Origin: an uncultured candidate division Zixibacteria bacterium
GTDB taxonomy: Bacteria; Zixibacteria; MSB-5A5; GN15; PGXB01
Direction: 5' to 3'
DNA length: 64,000 bases
Assembly (NCBI GenBank): GCA_963702205.1
Contig: OY969724.1
Location: forward strand, 1,568,001-1,632,000
The notes below the pieces were generated by a model. It saw only the letters and a list, made by a program, of their open reading frames with translations, was not told the origin of the DNA and ran no database searches. Each line of letters opens with the position of its first letter. Within the stretch, counting starts at the first letter, position 1. Positions 30,308 through 40,688 of the stretch are shown piece by piece. The position numbers and the translations under genes are program-made.

Positions 30308-30730
30308 ATGGATAAGAAATTATACCGCAGCCGTATTGATAACAAAATCGCCGGGGTATGCGGCGGACTGGGAGAATATTTCAATGTCGATCCGACCTTT
30401 GTCCGAATCGCCATGATTTTATTGGTATTTGCACACGGCATGGGAATAATCGCCTATATCATCTCATGGATAGTAATGCCGCTTCGCCAGGTTCTGGATA
30501 CGCCCGAGCCTCAAAAGCCGAGCTATTCTCACACCAATAAGTACCTGCCCGGTATTCTGCTTATCGCCGTGGGGCTGGTGTTCCTGATGAACAACCTGTG
30601 GTGGTGGTTTGACTTTTGGTACTTATGGCCGATTCTCCTGATTGCGCTTGGCGCATATTTGTTGTTCGGCTCGGTTCGTCGGCATGAAGACACCAATAAA
30701 GAAACGCAGCCGTACGGGGTGGGTCAATGA
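30308..30730 (+). CDS. PspC domain protein with LiaI/LiaF-like TM domain
   Basis: KKLYRSRIDNKIAGVCGGLGEYFNVDPTFVR; GILLIAVG..LWPILLIALG. Confidence 0.9.
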   Translation: MDKKLYRSRIDNKIAGVCGGLGEYFNVDPTFVRIAMILLVFAHGMGIIAYIISWIVMPLRQVLDTPEPQKPSYSHTNKYLPGILLIAVGLVFLMNNLWWWFDFWYLWPILLIALGAYLLFGSVRRHEDTNKETQPYGVGQ

Positions 30731-31623
30731 GCCCGGCCCGGTTTCGATGGGGACTTCTGTTCGTTGTCGCCGGCGTCCTGATTATACTGCACAATGCCTG
30801 TCGGCTCTATTGGGATTTCTGGTGGGACCTGGCGCAGTGGTGGCCGCTGCTTTTGATTGCCATCGGTCTGGAAAAGCTGTTTTCCGGGCTTAAATTAAAG
30901 CCCCTGGCGTTTCTTCCGCCCATACTCTTGGCCGCGGGAATAATCTATCTGACTGTGAACAATGGTCATTACCTGTCTGATAGCCGGCCATATACATCGA
31001 CGAACTGGGAAGAAAAGCTTGACCCGGAAGTTGAGTCGCTGGATGTATACATCAGCCACGGTAACAACGACCTGAAAGTCAGGAAGACGTCGAACTATCT
31101 GGCCAACGCCGGTTTTGACCGCTCCGCCAGACGGCCGAAAATCGATTTCGAGCGCGACGGTAACATCGGCCGGTTGACGGTTAAAGGCAGCTATCGTTTC
31201 GGCGGGCGGTTTATCAATATCAGTAATTACCGCGACAATGATTGGGATTTCGGCTTCAACGATAAGGTTCCGCTCAAGCTCGAATGTGTCGGCGATGACG
31301 CCAATATTAGGCTGGATCTGTCGGATATTATGCTGCAAAACCTTTCGGTCGACGACGATGATGGTTCGATCGACATTACGGTCGGTAACAAGATGCCCAA
31401 TGTCAATCTAAGTATCGATGGCGATGATTCTCGTCTGTATCTGACCGTGCCGGAGCAAGCCGGGCTGGAAATCAGCGGCGGCGATTATTCCGGATATTTC
31501 GAAGCGCTGGGTCTTAAGGAGGTCGACAATAAGTTCATATCCGACGGTTTCGATACCTTGGCGGTGAAAGTTCATATCGATCTCGAGACCGGCCTCAAAC
31601 ACCTTTCCATACAGCAAAAGTAA
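30727..31623 (+). CDS. LiaF-TM/DUF5668 plus toast-rack-like domain protein
   Basis: WGLLFVVAG..WWPLLLIAIG; beta-rich C-terminal domain; follows pspC-like gene. Confidence 0.65.
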   Translation: MSPARFRWGLLFVVAGVLIILHNACRLYWDFWWDLAQWWPLLLIAIGLEKLFSGLKLKPLAFLPPILLAAGIIYLTVNNGHYLSDSRPYTSTNWEEKLDPEVESLDVYISHGNNDLKVRKTSNYLANAGFDRSARRPKIDFERDGNIGRLTVKGSYRFGGRFINISNYRDNDWDFGFNDKVPLKLECVGDDANIRLDLSDIMLQNLSVDDDDGSIDITVGNKMPNVNLSIDGDDSRLYLTVPEQAGLEISGGDYSGYFEALGLKEVDNKFISDGFDTLAVKVHIDLETGLKHLSIQQK

Positions 31624-31641
31624 TTTTTTCCGGATTTTTAT

Positions 31642-31670
31642 TTGATCCTTTGATAGCGACCGCATATAAT
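31642..31670 (+). promoter_or_regulatory. Sigma70 promoter, probably leaderless
   Basis: TTGATC-N17-TATAAT ending 6 nt before the ATG at 31677. Confidence 0.6.
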
Positions 31671-31676
31671 CAAAAT

Positions 31677-32468
31677 ATGAGGTCGTCTTTTAAATATTCG
31701 CTTCTTATCGTCCTCTCGCTGGAGATGATTTTTATCTCGTGCGCGAAAAACTCCGCCGACAAATCGGACTGGAACAAAGGCTCGGTTCTGCGGGTAGGCA
31801 CCGACGCCACCTATCCGCCTTTTGAGATAATCGACACCGAGTCGGGCCAGCCGGTCGGATTTGATATCGACATCATGAAGGCCATCTGCAAGACCAATGG
31901 GTGGAAGCCGGAATTTGTCGTGACACCGTTCGACGGCATAATTTCCGGATTGAAAAGCGATAAGTACGACTGTGTTATTTCGGCCATGTCGATTACACCG
32001 GAGCGCGCCGCGATTGTCTCGTTTTCCGACCCGTACTATTTGGCCGGACAGGTGGTGGCGGTGCCGGTCGATGATTCGGTCATTCATTCCATCGACGATC
32101 TCAACGGGCTCAACGTGGGGGTGCAGCTGGGCACGACCGGTGAGCGGATGGCCAAGTCGAGAAGCGGTCTGTCGGTCTTTTCGTACGACAACATCGGGGC
32201 GGCTTTTATTGATATGGAGAATGGTCATATCGACGCTGTCTTAAACGATTTCCCCACGACTTATGATTATATCAAGATGCGCGGGAAGGCTAAAATTGTC
32301 GGGGACGTGCTTTCTGAAGAGCATTATGGCATCGCGGTCAGGAACGAAAACACTACGCTGCTTGAGCGCATTAACGCCGCGATAGAGCAGATGAAATCCG
32401 ACGGGCAGTACGAAAAAATCCGCACGAAATGGTTTGGCACATCTCCCGCTCCCAGCGATTCTTTATAA
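31677..32468 (+). CDS. Amino acid ABC transporter substrate-binding lipoprotein (SBP_bac_3)
   Basis: Lipobox FISC; GTDATYPPFE, GFDIDI and GVQLGTTG motifs; no permease adjacent. Confidence 0.92.
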   Translation: MRSSFKYSLLIVLSLEMIFISCAKNSADKSDWNKGSVLRVGTDATYPPFEIIDTESGQPVGFDIDIMKAICKTNGWKPEFVVTPFDGIISGLKSDKYDCVISAMSITPERAAIVSFSDPYYLAGQVVAVPVDDSVIHSIDDLNGLNVGVQLGTTGERMAKSRSGLSVFSYDNIGAAFIDMENGHIDAVLNDFPTTYDYIKMRGKAKIVGDVLSEEHYGIAVRNENTTLLERINAAIEQMKSDGQYEKIRTKWFGTSPAPSDSL

Positions 32469-32486
32469 TTTTTAGTCTTGGTAGGC

Positions 32487-32518
32487 CGGGGTGGCCCGAC
32501 ATTCTTTGTCGGGGTTCT
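32487..32518. repeat. REP family B copy (reverse orientation)
   Basis: CGGGGTGGCCCGACATTCTTTGTCGGGGTTCT. Confidence 0.8.
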
Positions 32519-32591
32519 TTAACACAATTCCGCCTTTTAACAAGATATCTTTTTTGCAGAATTCGTATATTATCAAAACCCGACATAGAAG

Positions 32592-32739
32592 GGCTGTAGA
32601 AAAACCAGTAGGTCGGCTTCCGAATCCTGACGAAGTCAGGAGAGAAAGCCGACATCTTGTTGTCGGGTTTCTCGTTACGCTTCGCTCTACTCGGAACCCG
32701 ACCTACTTCTTGCACCATCTGTGCACTTTTTCAACAAGC
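32592..32739. mobile_element. 148-bp MITE copy 2, sitting in the loop of a family B REP
   Basis: Reverse complement of 4301-4448 (about 6 mismatches by eye); flanked by CCCGACATAGAA and TTATGTCGGGCTACC. Confidence 0.8.
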
Positions 32740-32774
32740 CCTCTTATGTCGGGCTACCGATCGCTAAAATACCA

Positions 32775-33296
32775 TCAAGGTTCCCATAGTTCGATTTTGT
32801 TGCCTTCAGGATCAAGAATATGAATAAACTTCCCATAATCGTATGATGCAATGCTGTCAAGAACGGTGACACCGTTTTCTTTTAGTTTATCCACGAGCGC
32901 TTCGATGTTCTGAACCCGATAATTGATCATGAAGTCTTTTTTTGATGGATTGAAATATTCGCTGCCCTTTTTAAACGGACTCCAAACCAGTTGATTGATT
33001 TCGTCGGGTTTGTTCACATTTCTGGATTCAAATGTCGAACCGTAATCGTCGATTTTAAGTCCCAGGTTTTTTCCGTACCATTCTTTTGTTTCTTGAGGGT
33101 TGTCGGAAAAGAAGAAAATGCCGCCAATCCCTGTTACCTTTGGCGTTGAGTCGACGGTTGAACTTGTGCTGTCTGTTTGATTTTTGTTATCTTCCATATT
33201 GCTCGTCCTCAGGGTTTTCGAATTGCAGCTCGCAAGAATCATGGCAAGCAGAATTATCGTCAATCTTGCTATCAATCCGCTCATGTTTGTATGCAT
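32775..33296 (-). CDS. VOC/glyoxalase family protein
   Basis: KVTGIGGIFF, MINYRV and YGKF..ILDPEGNKIELWEP motifs; start uncertain (33296, 33284 or 33197); possible lipobox LASC. Confidence 0.88.
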   Translation of the reverse strand: MHTNMSGLIARLTIILLAMILASCNSKTLRTSNMEDNKNQTDSTSSTVDSTPKVTGIGGIFFFSDNPQETKEWYGKNLGLKIDDYGSTFESRNVNKPDEINQLVWSPFKKGSEYFNPSKKDFMINYRVQNIEALVDKLKENGVTVLDSIASYDYGKFIHILDPEGNKIELWEP

Positions 33297-33423
33297 TTTG
33301 ATGGTTATTGTTTTTCCTGCTCCCGTTGATGGTTACGGTTTGCAGGGCTTCAGTTACTTCTATTATATACGGGACTTCTTGTGCTTTTGTCAAACCGATT
33401 TGGGTCCGCTCGCTTTGCGGGTT

Positions 33424-33457
33424 GAGAAACCCGACATAGAATGTCGGGCCACCCCGC
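33424..33457. repeat. REP family B copy
   Basis: GAGAAACCCGACATAGAATGTCGGGCCACCCCGC. Confidence 0.85.
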
Positions 33458-33732
33458 GAGCCTGCTTAGGCTATTATTTTGCGTATTTTTTTAACCGTTT
33501 TAAGTATTCATCCGATGTAATCCAATGCCCCCAATAATATCTCATATCGCAATAGGCTATTTTGCCAATTCGATAAGAATCGGATGTGTACATGTCATTT
33601 TCGGTTCCATATAGAATAATTGAGTTTGCTGTGCTGCTGTCGACTACATCCCTCAATTCATCAGATTCAAGCAATCTGGTAGCAATTACTGAATCGTCTG
33701 GCCTGGAGTTCCAGTCATTAACATGATGGTCC

Positions 33733-35050
33733 GGGAGTGTACGGAATTTTGTGTAAGCGGCCGGTTCATGTGTTTTCGATCCTTCCCTCGAAGACGATGC
33801 AGAAGTGATTAAGGGCCGCCACCCAGTCCTTGATCGGACGCTTCCATTTTTTCGAGATTCTTTGTATCGCCAGGTAGATCACCTTTCTGACTGATTCCAC
33901 CGTCGGGAACGAGCCGCGATTCCGCGTCACCTTGCGCAACTGAGCATTCATCGACTCGATGGCGTTGGTCGTATAGATAACCTTTCGAATCTCTTTGGGG
34001 TAGCTAAAAAACGGGATGATGTTCATCCAGCAGGACCGCCATGAGCGGGCGATCTGCGGGAAACGGTCCCGGTATGTGGCCTCGAACGCCGTCAGGGCCT
34101 GCTCGGCGGCTTCTTCGTTGGGCGCCGAGTAGATCGTCTTGAGATCGGCCGCGACCGCCTTGCGCTCTTTCCAACCGACATACTTCAGCGAGTTGCGCAC
34201 CATGTGCACGAGACATAACTGCACCTGGGTCTGCGGAAAGGCCGTCTCAATCGCATCAGGGAACCCCGTCAGACCATCGACACAGGCAATCAGGATGTCC
34301 CGAACGCCCCGGTTCTTAAGCTCCGTCAGCACCGACAGCCAGAACTTCGAACCCTCCTGATCGCCGACCCACAAACCCAAGAGTTCCTTGTAACCCTCCG
34401 GCGTGATCCCCAAGGCCAAATAGACCGCCTGGTTTTTGACCTGGCCGCTCTGACGAAGCTTCAGGTGGATGGCGTCCAGATAGACGATCGGGTAGACCGC
34501 CTCCAGCGGCCGACTCTGCCACACCGTCACCTCCTGAAGCACGGCGTCCGTCACCGCCGAAATCAAGGCCGGGGAAACCTCCGACTGGTACATCTCCTCA
34601 AGATGACCCTGGATATCCCGCGTCGTCAAACCCCGAGCGTACAGCGCCAACACCTTGTCGTCGAAACCGGGCAGGCGCCGCTGGTGCTTTTTAACCAACT
34701 GCGGCTCGAACTCGCCGTTCCGGTCCCGCGGAATCTCCAGCGTAACATCTGCCGACCCGGTCTTGACCGTCTTGCTGGTTTTGCCGTTGCGAGAGTTGCC
34801 GCTGTTTTTGCCTTCGGGAGCATTGGGCGGATAGCCCAAGTGATGCGTCATCTCACCTGCGAGGGCGCGCTCATACACCCGTTTCGTGAGCGCCTGCAGA
34901 AGACCGCCCTCACCCACTATCTCTTCCGGCGTCTTGCCGGCGATCATCTCGTCGATCAGTTTGTCAGCTTCGTCACGTTTCTTGGCCATGATATACCTCC
35001 TTCAACTATATATACGTCATGGCCACTTACACAAAAATATTTACACGCGC
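33733..35050 (-). mobile_element. IS256 family insertion sequence, 1318 bp
   Basis: 30-bp imperfect TIRs at 33733-33762 and 35021-35050; 8-bp TSD GATGGTCC at 33725-33732 and 35051-35058. Confidence 0.95.
33766..34989 (-). CDS. IS256 family transposase
   Basis: NSRNG, PRDRNGEFEP, YLDAI, CVDGLTGFP, QLCLVH and YTTNAIES motifs. Confidence 0.96.
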   Translation of the reverse strand: MAKKRDEADKLIDEMIAGKTPEEIVGEGGLLQALTKRVYERALAGEMTHHLGYPPNAPEGKNSGNSRNGKTSKTVKTGSADVTLEIPRDRNGEFEPQLVKKHQRRLPGFDDKVLALYARGLTTRDIQGHLEEMYQSEVSPALISAVTDAVLQEVTVWQSRPLEAVYPIVYLDAIHLKLRQSGQVKNQAVYLALGITPEGYKELLGLWVGDQEGSKFWLSVLTELKNRGVRDILIACVDGLTGFPDAIETAFPQTQVQLCLVHMVRNSLKYVGWKERKAVAADLKTIYSAPNEEAAEQALTAFEATYRDRFPQIARSWRSCWMNIIPFFSYPKEIRKVIYTTNAIESMNAQLRKVTRNRGSFPTVESVRKVIYLAIQRISKKWKRPIKDWVAALNHFCIVFEGRIENT

Positions 35051-35619
35051 GATGGTCCTTCAACATATCAGCTATTTCATATTGATCCACTATTGAATAA
35101 GGGTCCATAATTCCCAATATATCGTCATGACTTCTCATTCTGTTGCCATAAACCAGTTCTTCAGTATTTTTTTGCGCCTTGAAGTCGTCAATGTAGTCGT
35201 AATTGGAATTCAGACGAATAGATGTCAGGTACCAGAATTTAATATTAGTAGCGTGTTTATCACCTTTGATTAGGTCAATTGGAGCAAAAGAATACTCAAT
35301 GATATAAAATTCTTCTTCAGATCCCAGATACGAAAACCTGCCCAGGTGCATAAGTGTATCAACTGACATCAAATCGCCTATAAAAACGTATTCGCTTTCA
35401 TCCAATAATATATCAGGCGGAAGTGCGTCTGAATCAAAACACCTGAGAAAGCCACAACCATAAAGACCGGCAAATGATGCGACCACAATCACAACAATAA
35501 TTACCTTACCTTTTATCAACGATGCAGCACCTTTGATCATATAGAACCTCCCAGGTAATTTTTATAAATTACGATTAAAAAATATGATTTTTCATATATA
35601 GACTAATCCTTATCCCCAT

Positions 35620-35642
35620 AGCAACCTCAAAATACTTATCAT
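35620..35642 (-). promoter_or_regulatory. 23-bp direct repeat copy 1, containing a putative -35 box
   Basis: AGCAACCTCAAAATACTTATCAT, 22/23 identical to 36922-36944. Confidence 0.55.
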
Positions 35643-35652
35643 CCCAATGTCT

Positions 35653-35678
35653 CGGGTCGCCCACGGCTTGCCGTGGGA
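35653..35678. repeat. REP family A, left flank of RAYT
   Basis: CGGGTCGCCCACGGCTTGCCGTGGGA, exact reverse complement of 36219-36244. Confidence 0.92.
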
Positions 35679-35701
35679 CTCTCCGATTAAAGTACCCACG
35701 A

Positions 35702-36199
35702 TCAAAATTCATATTGATCCATCTGCAATGGAACATCGCGTATTCCCTGATACCAATTATAACTTGACCATTCCCATTCTTCCGGATTGCTCACCAGAAC
35801 CCTTCTTACCGGATTGGCAAGGCAATATTCTATCTTTTCCCTGACTACGGCAGTGTTACGACAGTTATGATCATAACCTCGCTTCTCCCAAAATACCCGA
35901 ATGGCATCTTCCGAAGGAATTTTCGACAATTGGAACCATTCCCGAGCCGTCAGGGACTTGATTTCTCCGACTACTCTTCCCACCGGCGTACCATCAAACG
36001 GGTGGATGACAAGGTGCACGTGGTCTGGCATAAACACATAGCCAAGCAATCGAAAACCATATTTCTGACGCGTTTGATCAATATATCGAGCCAGAAGCTC
36101 TTTGGCAATCTTATTAGATAGAGCGTGTTCGTTACGATAACAATTAAACGTGAGGAACCGAGCAGTTCCGGTATTGTCGAAGTGCCTTAATCGCGGCAT
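35702..36199 (-). CDS. REP-associated tyrosine transposase (RAYT/TnpA-REP, HUH Y1)
   Basis: FLTFNC, MPDHVHL (HUH), FWEKRGYDH, Y.LANP and WEWSS motifs; flanked by inverted REPs. Confidence 0.92.
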   Translation of the reverse strand: MPRLRHFDNTGTARFLTFNCYRNEHALSNKIAKELLARYIDQTRQKYGFRLLGYVFMPDHVHLVIHPFDGTPVGRVVGEIKSLTAREWFQLSKIPSEDAIRVFWEKRGYDHNCRNTAVVREKIEYCLANPVRRVLVSNPEEWEWSSYNWYQGIRDVPLQMDQYEF

Positions 36200-36218
36200 T
36201 AATAGTCCAATCAATCAA

Positions 36219-36244
36219 TCCCACGGCAAGCCGTGGGCGACCCG
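36219..36244. repeat. REP family A, right flank of RAYT
   Basis: TCCCACGGCAAGCCGTGGGCGACCCG. Confidence 0.92.
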
Positions 36245-36281
36245 GGCCAATCCAAGCGATTCGTTGTAAATAAAATTAAAA

Positions 36282-36348
36282 GTAGGTCGGGTTCCGATGC
36301 CGACGAAGTCGGGAGAGAAACCCGACATAGAATGTCGGGCCGCCCCGC
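36282..36348. repeat. GTAG-type REP fused to a family B REP
   Basis: GTAGGTCGGGTTCCGATGCCGACGAAGTCGGGAGAGAAACCCGAC overlapping CCCGACATAGAATGTCGGGCCGCCCC. Confidence 0.8.
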
Positions 36349-36390
36349 CGGAGACTAATTCAGGTAAGGGAGCGAGTGGTTAGGCAGTGA

Positions 36391-36768
36391 TTAGACTCCA
36401 CAGTTTTTGCATAGCGAATTGTTCTGTAGTTGAAAGAACTGGCCAAGGCTATCAACGAACTTCTGAATTGAGCTAAAGCCCCTAATGATTTGATCCCTTT
36501 TCAGCATGCCAATCCAAAATCCGTTTTCTGTTGCCTCACCGATACCCGAGATGAGATTGGCTTGGGCAGAACATGTTGGCTTATGTGCCATTACTTTTTT
36601 GATTCGGGGATTGAAATTAATGTAAACCTTAACAAAACTATCATTTGGTGATTGTGCTGACATCACTGCTTTAATGTCAAAAAGGTCTAAATTGTTTTTT
36701 GTCAGAAAGTCTATAACCTGTATGACAGCGAGATAGAAATTATACTGCTGGTTATTATTCAAAGACAT
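36391..36768 (-). CDS. Hypothetical protein (AT-rich, 125 aa)
   Basis: GGAGG SD before the ATG at 36768; no family recognised. Confidence 0.6.
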   Translation of the reverse strand: MSLNNNQQYNFYLAVIQVIDFLTKNNLDLFDIKAVMSAQSPNDSFVKVYINFNPRIKKVMAHKPTCSAQANLISGIGEATENGFWIGMLKRDQIIRGFSSIQKFVDSLGQFFQLQNNSLCKNCGV

Positions 36769-36797
36769 TGTGTTTCCTCCTGTAGTATCGCTGGGAC

Positions 36798-36828
36798 CGC
36801 GGTGGCCCGACATTCTATGTCGGGATTC
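36798..36828. repeat. REP family B copy (reverse orientation)
   Basis: CGCGGTGGCCCGACATTCTATGTCGGGATTC. Confidence 0.8.
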
Positions 36829-36921
36829 TTAAAATTTCATTTTATCGATTACCACATATTCCCGCGAACCCCCGTTCTTTTCAATTACGATATTTCAATA
36901 TAGGTTCATTCCCGCCTCTAC

Positions 36922-36944
36922 AGCAACCTCAAAATACATATCAT
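36922..36944 (-). promoter_or_regulatory. 23-bp direct repeat copy 2, containing a putative -35 box
   Basis: AGCAACCTCAAAATACATATCAT. Confidence 0.55.
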
Positions 36945-37045
36945 ACAGACGTGACCGATGGTCTGACCTTAACCTTTTGGCGTTTCAACTATTGGGAGGA
37001 AAAAGGTCTTGCTTTTTTGACTGTTTTATTTATCATAAAACGCTT

Positions 37046-37738
37046 ATGTCAGGCCAATACAAATTATCGAAATTAGAGGGCAAAGTTGTCGCCATCGACG
37101 GCCCGGCCGGGTCGGGGAAATCGACCACGGCCAAGCTTTTGGCCGAAAAACTCGGCTTTACCTATCTCGATACCGGCGCCATGTATCGCGCGGTGACGCT
37201 GTTCGCACTTCAAAACGGGGTCGACGTCAACGACGCGCGGGCACTCGAGGCCATCGCGCGCAAAGTCGAAATTGAGCTTAAGGGCCATCAGGTTTTTTTA
37301 AACGGCGAGGACGTCAGCGAAGCAATCCGGACTCCCGAAGTAACCAAAGCTGTCTCACCTGTTTCGGCTCATGCGGGGGTGCGCAAGGCGATGGTGTTCC
37401 GCCAGCGCCAGATGGGCGAACAAGGCAAAATCGTCGCCGAGGGGCGGGATACCACGTCGGTTGTTTTTCCCGATGCTGATTTTAAAATATATCTCGTTGC
37501 GTCTCTCGATGCCCGGGCACAGCGGCGCATGCTCGAATATGCCAAAAAGGGAAATTCCACGACGCTCGATGAACAAAAAGAGCTTCTGGCGACCCGCGAT
37601 AATATTGACAGCAACCGCGATAACTCGCCTCTGACCAGGACGCCCGATTCTATTCTGCTGGATACATCCTCGCTGACCATCGAAGAACAGGTCGACCGCA
37701 TTCTCAAAATCGTACTCGCCAGCGTTAAAGGTTTATGA
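37046..37738 (+). CDS. cmk: Cytidylate kinase
   Basis: AIDGPAGSGKST, YLDTGAMYRA, AEGRD and DSNR..SPL motifs. Confidence 0.95.
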   Translation: MSGQYKLSKLEGKVVAIDGPAGSGKSTTAKLLAEKLGFTYLDTGAMYRAVTLFALQNGVDVNDARALEAIARKVEIELKGHQVFLNGEDVSEAIRTPEVTKAVSPVSAHAGVRKAMVFRQRQMGEQGKIVAEGRDTTSVVFPDADFKIYLVASLDARAQRRMLEYAKKGNSTTLDEQKELLATRDNIDSNRDNSPLTRTPDSILLDTSSLTIEEQVDRILKIVLASVKGL

Positions 37739-38379
37739 ACATAATCTATACATTTTTCTGGTTCGTGTTAAACTTTATGACCCGGGTGTTGTTTCGTATC
37801 AAGATCGTCAACAGCAACCTGCTGCCGCGCGAGGGCGCGTATATCCTGGCATCGAATCATATTTCTCTGGCCGACCCGCCGATACTGGGCAGCACCTTGA
37901 ATCGACCCATATTTTTCATGGCCAAAAAAGAGTTGTTTCAAATTTTCCTGTTTGGGAGGTTGTTGCGAAAAATAAATGCATTTCCGGTAGACCGAGGTGG
38001 TGTCGACCGGTCGGCCATCAAGAAAGCGCTGCAAGTGTTGAAGGCGAATCATGCGCTGGTGATTTTCCCCGAGGGAACCCGGGGGCGTTACGGGAAGTTA
38101 TTGAGACCACAGCCGGGGATAGGCCTGATCGCCCATCACGGCAACGTGCCGATCGTCCCGGCCTTTATGACCGGCAGCAATCACCTGAGCGACTGCTTCT
38201 GGGGGCGGGAAATTTTATCGGTTATTTATGGTCAGCCTATTGACTCCGAGGAAGTTAAGGCCTATGATACGGGCAAAGACGGTTATCGTCGGCTGGCCGA
38301 CGAAATAATGAGCCGCATACAAAAGATAAAGGATGAGTACGAGCTTGCCTCTAAAGTGAGACATCAGGGGGCAGGCTGA
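37735..38379 (+). CDS. plsC: 1-acyl-sn-glycerol-3-phosphate acyltransferase
   Basis: NHISLAD and FPEGTR motifs; cmk-rpsA context. Confidence 0.9.
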   Translation: MNIIYTFFWFVLNFMTRVLFRIKIVNSNLLPREGAYILASNHISLADPPILGSTLNRPIFFMAKKELFQIFLFGRLLRKINAFPVDRGGVDRSAIKKALQVLKANHALVIFPEGTRGRYGKLLRPQPGIGLIAHHGNVPIVPAFMTGSNHLSDCFWGREILSVIYGQPIDSEEVKAYDTGKDGYRRLADEIMSRIQKIKDEYELASKVRHQGAG

Positions 38380-38481
38380 TTTATATTTGCCTATTGTCGA
38401 TAGTGATTACATATCCTGAATATCCCGCCCGTGCAGCCTTCTGCACCGGGGTAAATATACAGTTAAGGAGGAATTTATTCC

Positions 38482-40596
<2,115 letters not shown>

Positions 40597-40631
40597 TCTC
40601 TTGATTTTCGCACAGGATATTATAGATACAG

Positions 40632-40660
40632 AGGCCGGGTATTCACCCGGCCTTTGATTT
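40632..40660 (+). terminator. Intrinsic terminator after rpsA
   Basis: AGGCCGGGT-ATTC-ACCCGGCCT followed by TTGATTTT. Confidence 0.75.
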
Positions 40661-40688
40661 TGTGGGGCGGTTCGTATATATTACAATT

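Larger units (their letters stand above)
33474..35540 (-). pseudogene. Hypothetical membrane/lipoprotein gene (about 246 aa) interrupted by IS256
   Basis: Removing the IS and one TSD copy fuses ...DMLKDH to HVNDWNSRPDDSVIATRLLESDELR... in frame. Confidence 0.8.

Noticed and set aside
34956..35050. C-terminal part of the 194-aa ORF
   Set aside because: Read-through into the IS256 end; the true continuation is 33724-33474
35653..36244. IS200/IS605 element or a DDE IS with 26-bp TIRs
   Set aside because: No TnpB or DDE motif; the protein has RAYT-type motifs and the flanks are palindromic REPs with a dispersed copy at 4273
32487..36830. CRISPR array
   Set aside because: Repeats are irregularly spaced, in both orientations and separated by genes; no cas genes
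32487..36944. Integron with attC sites
   Set aside because: No tyrosine integrase in the window, and the palindromes lack RYYYAAC/GTTRRRY boxes
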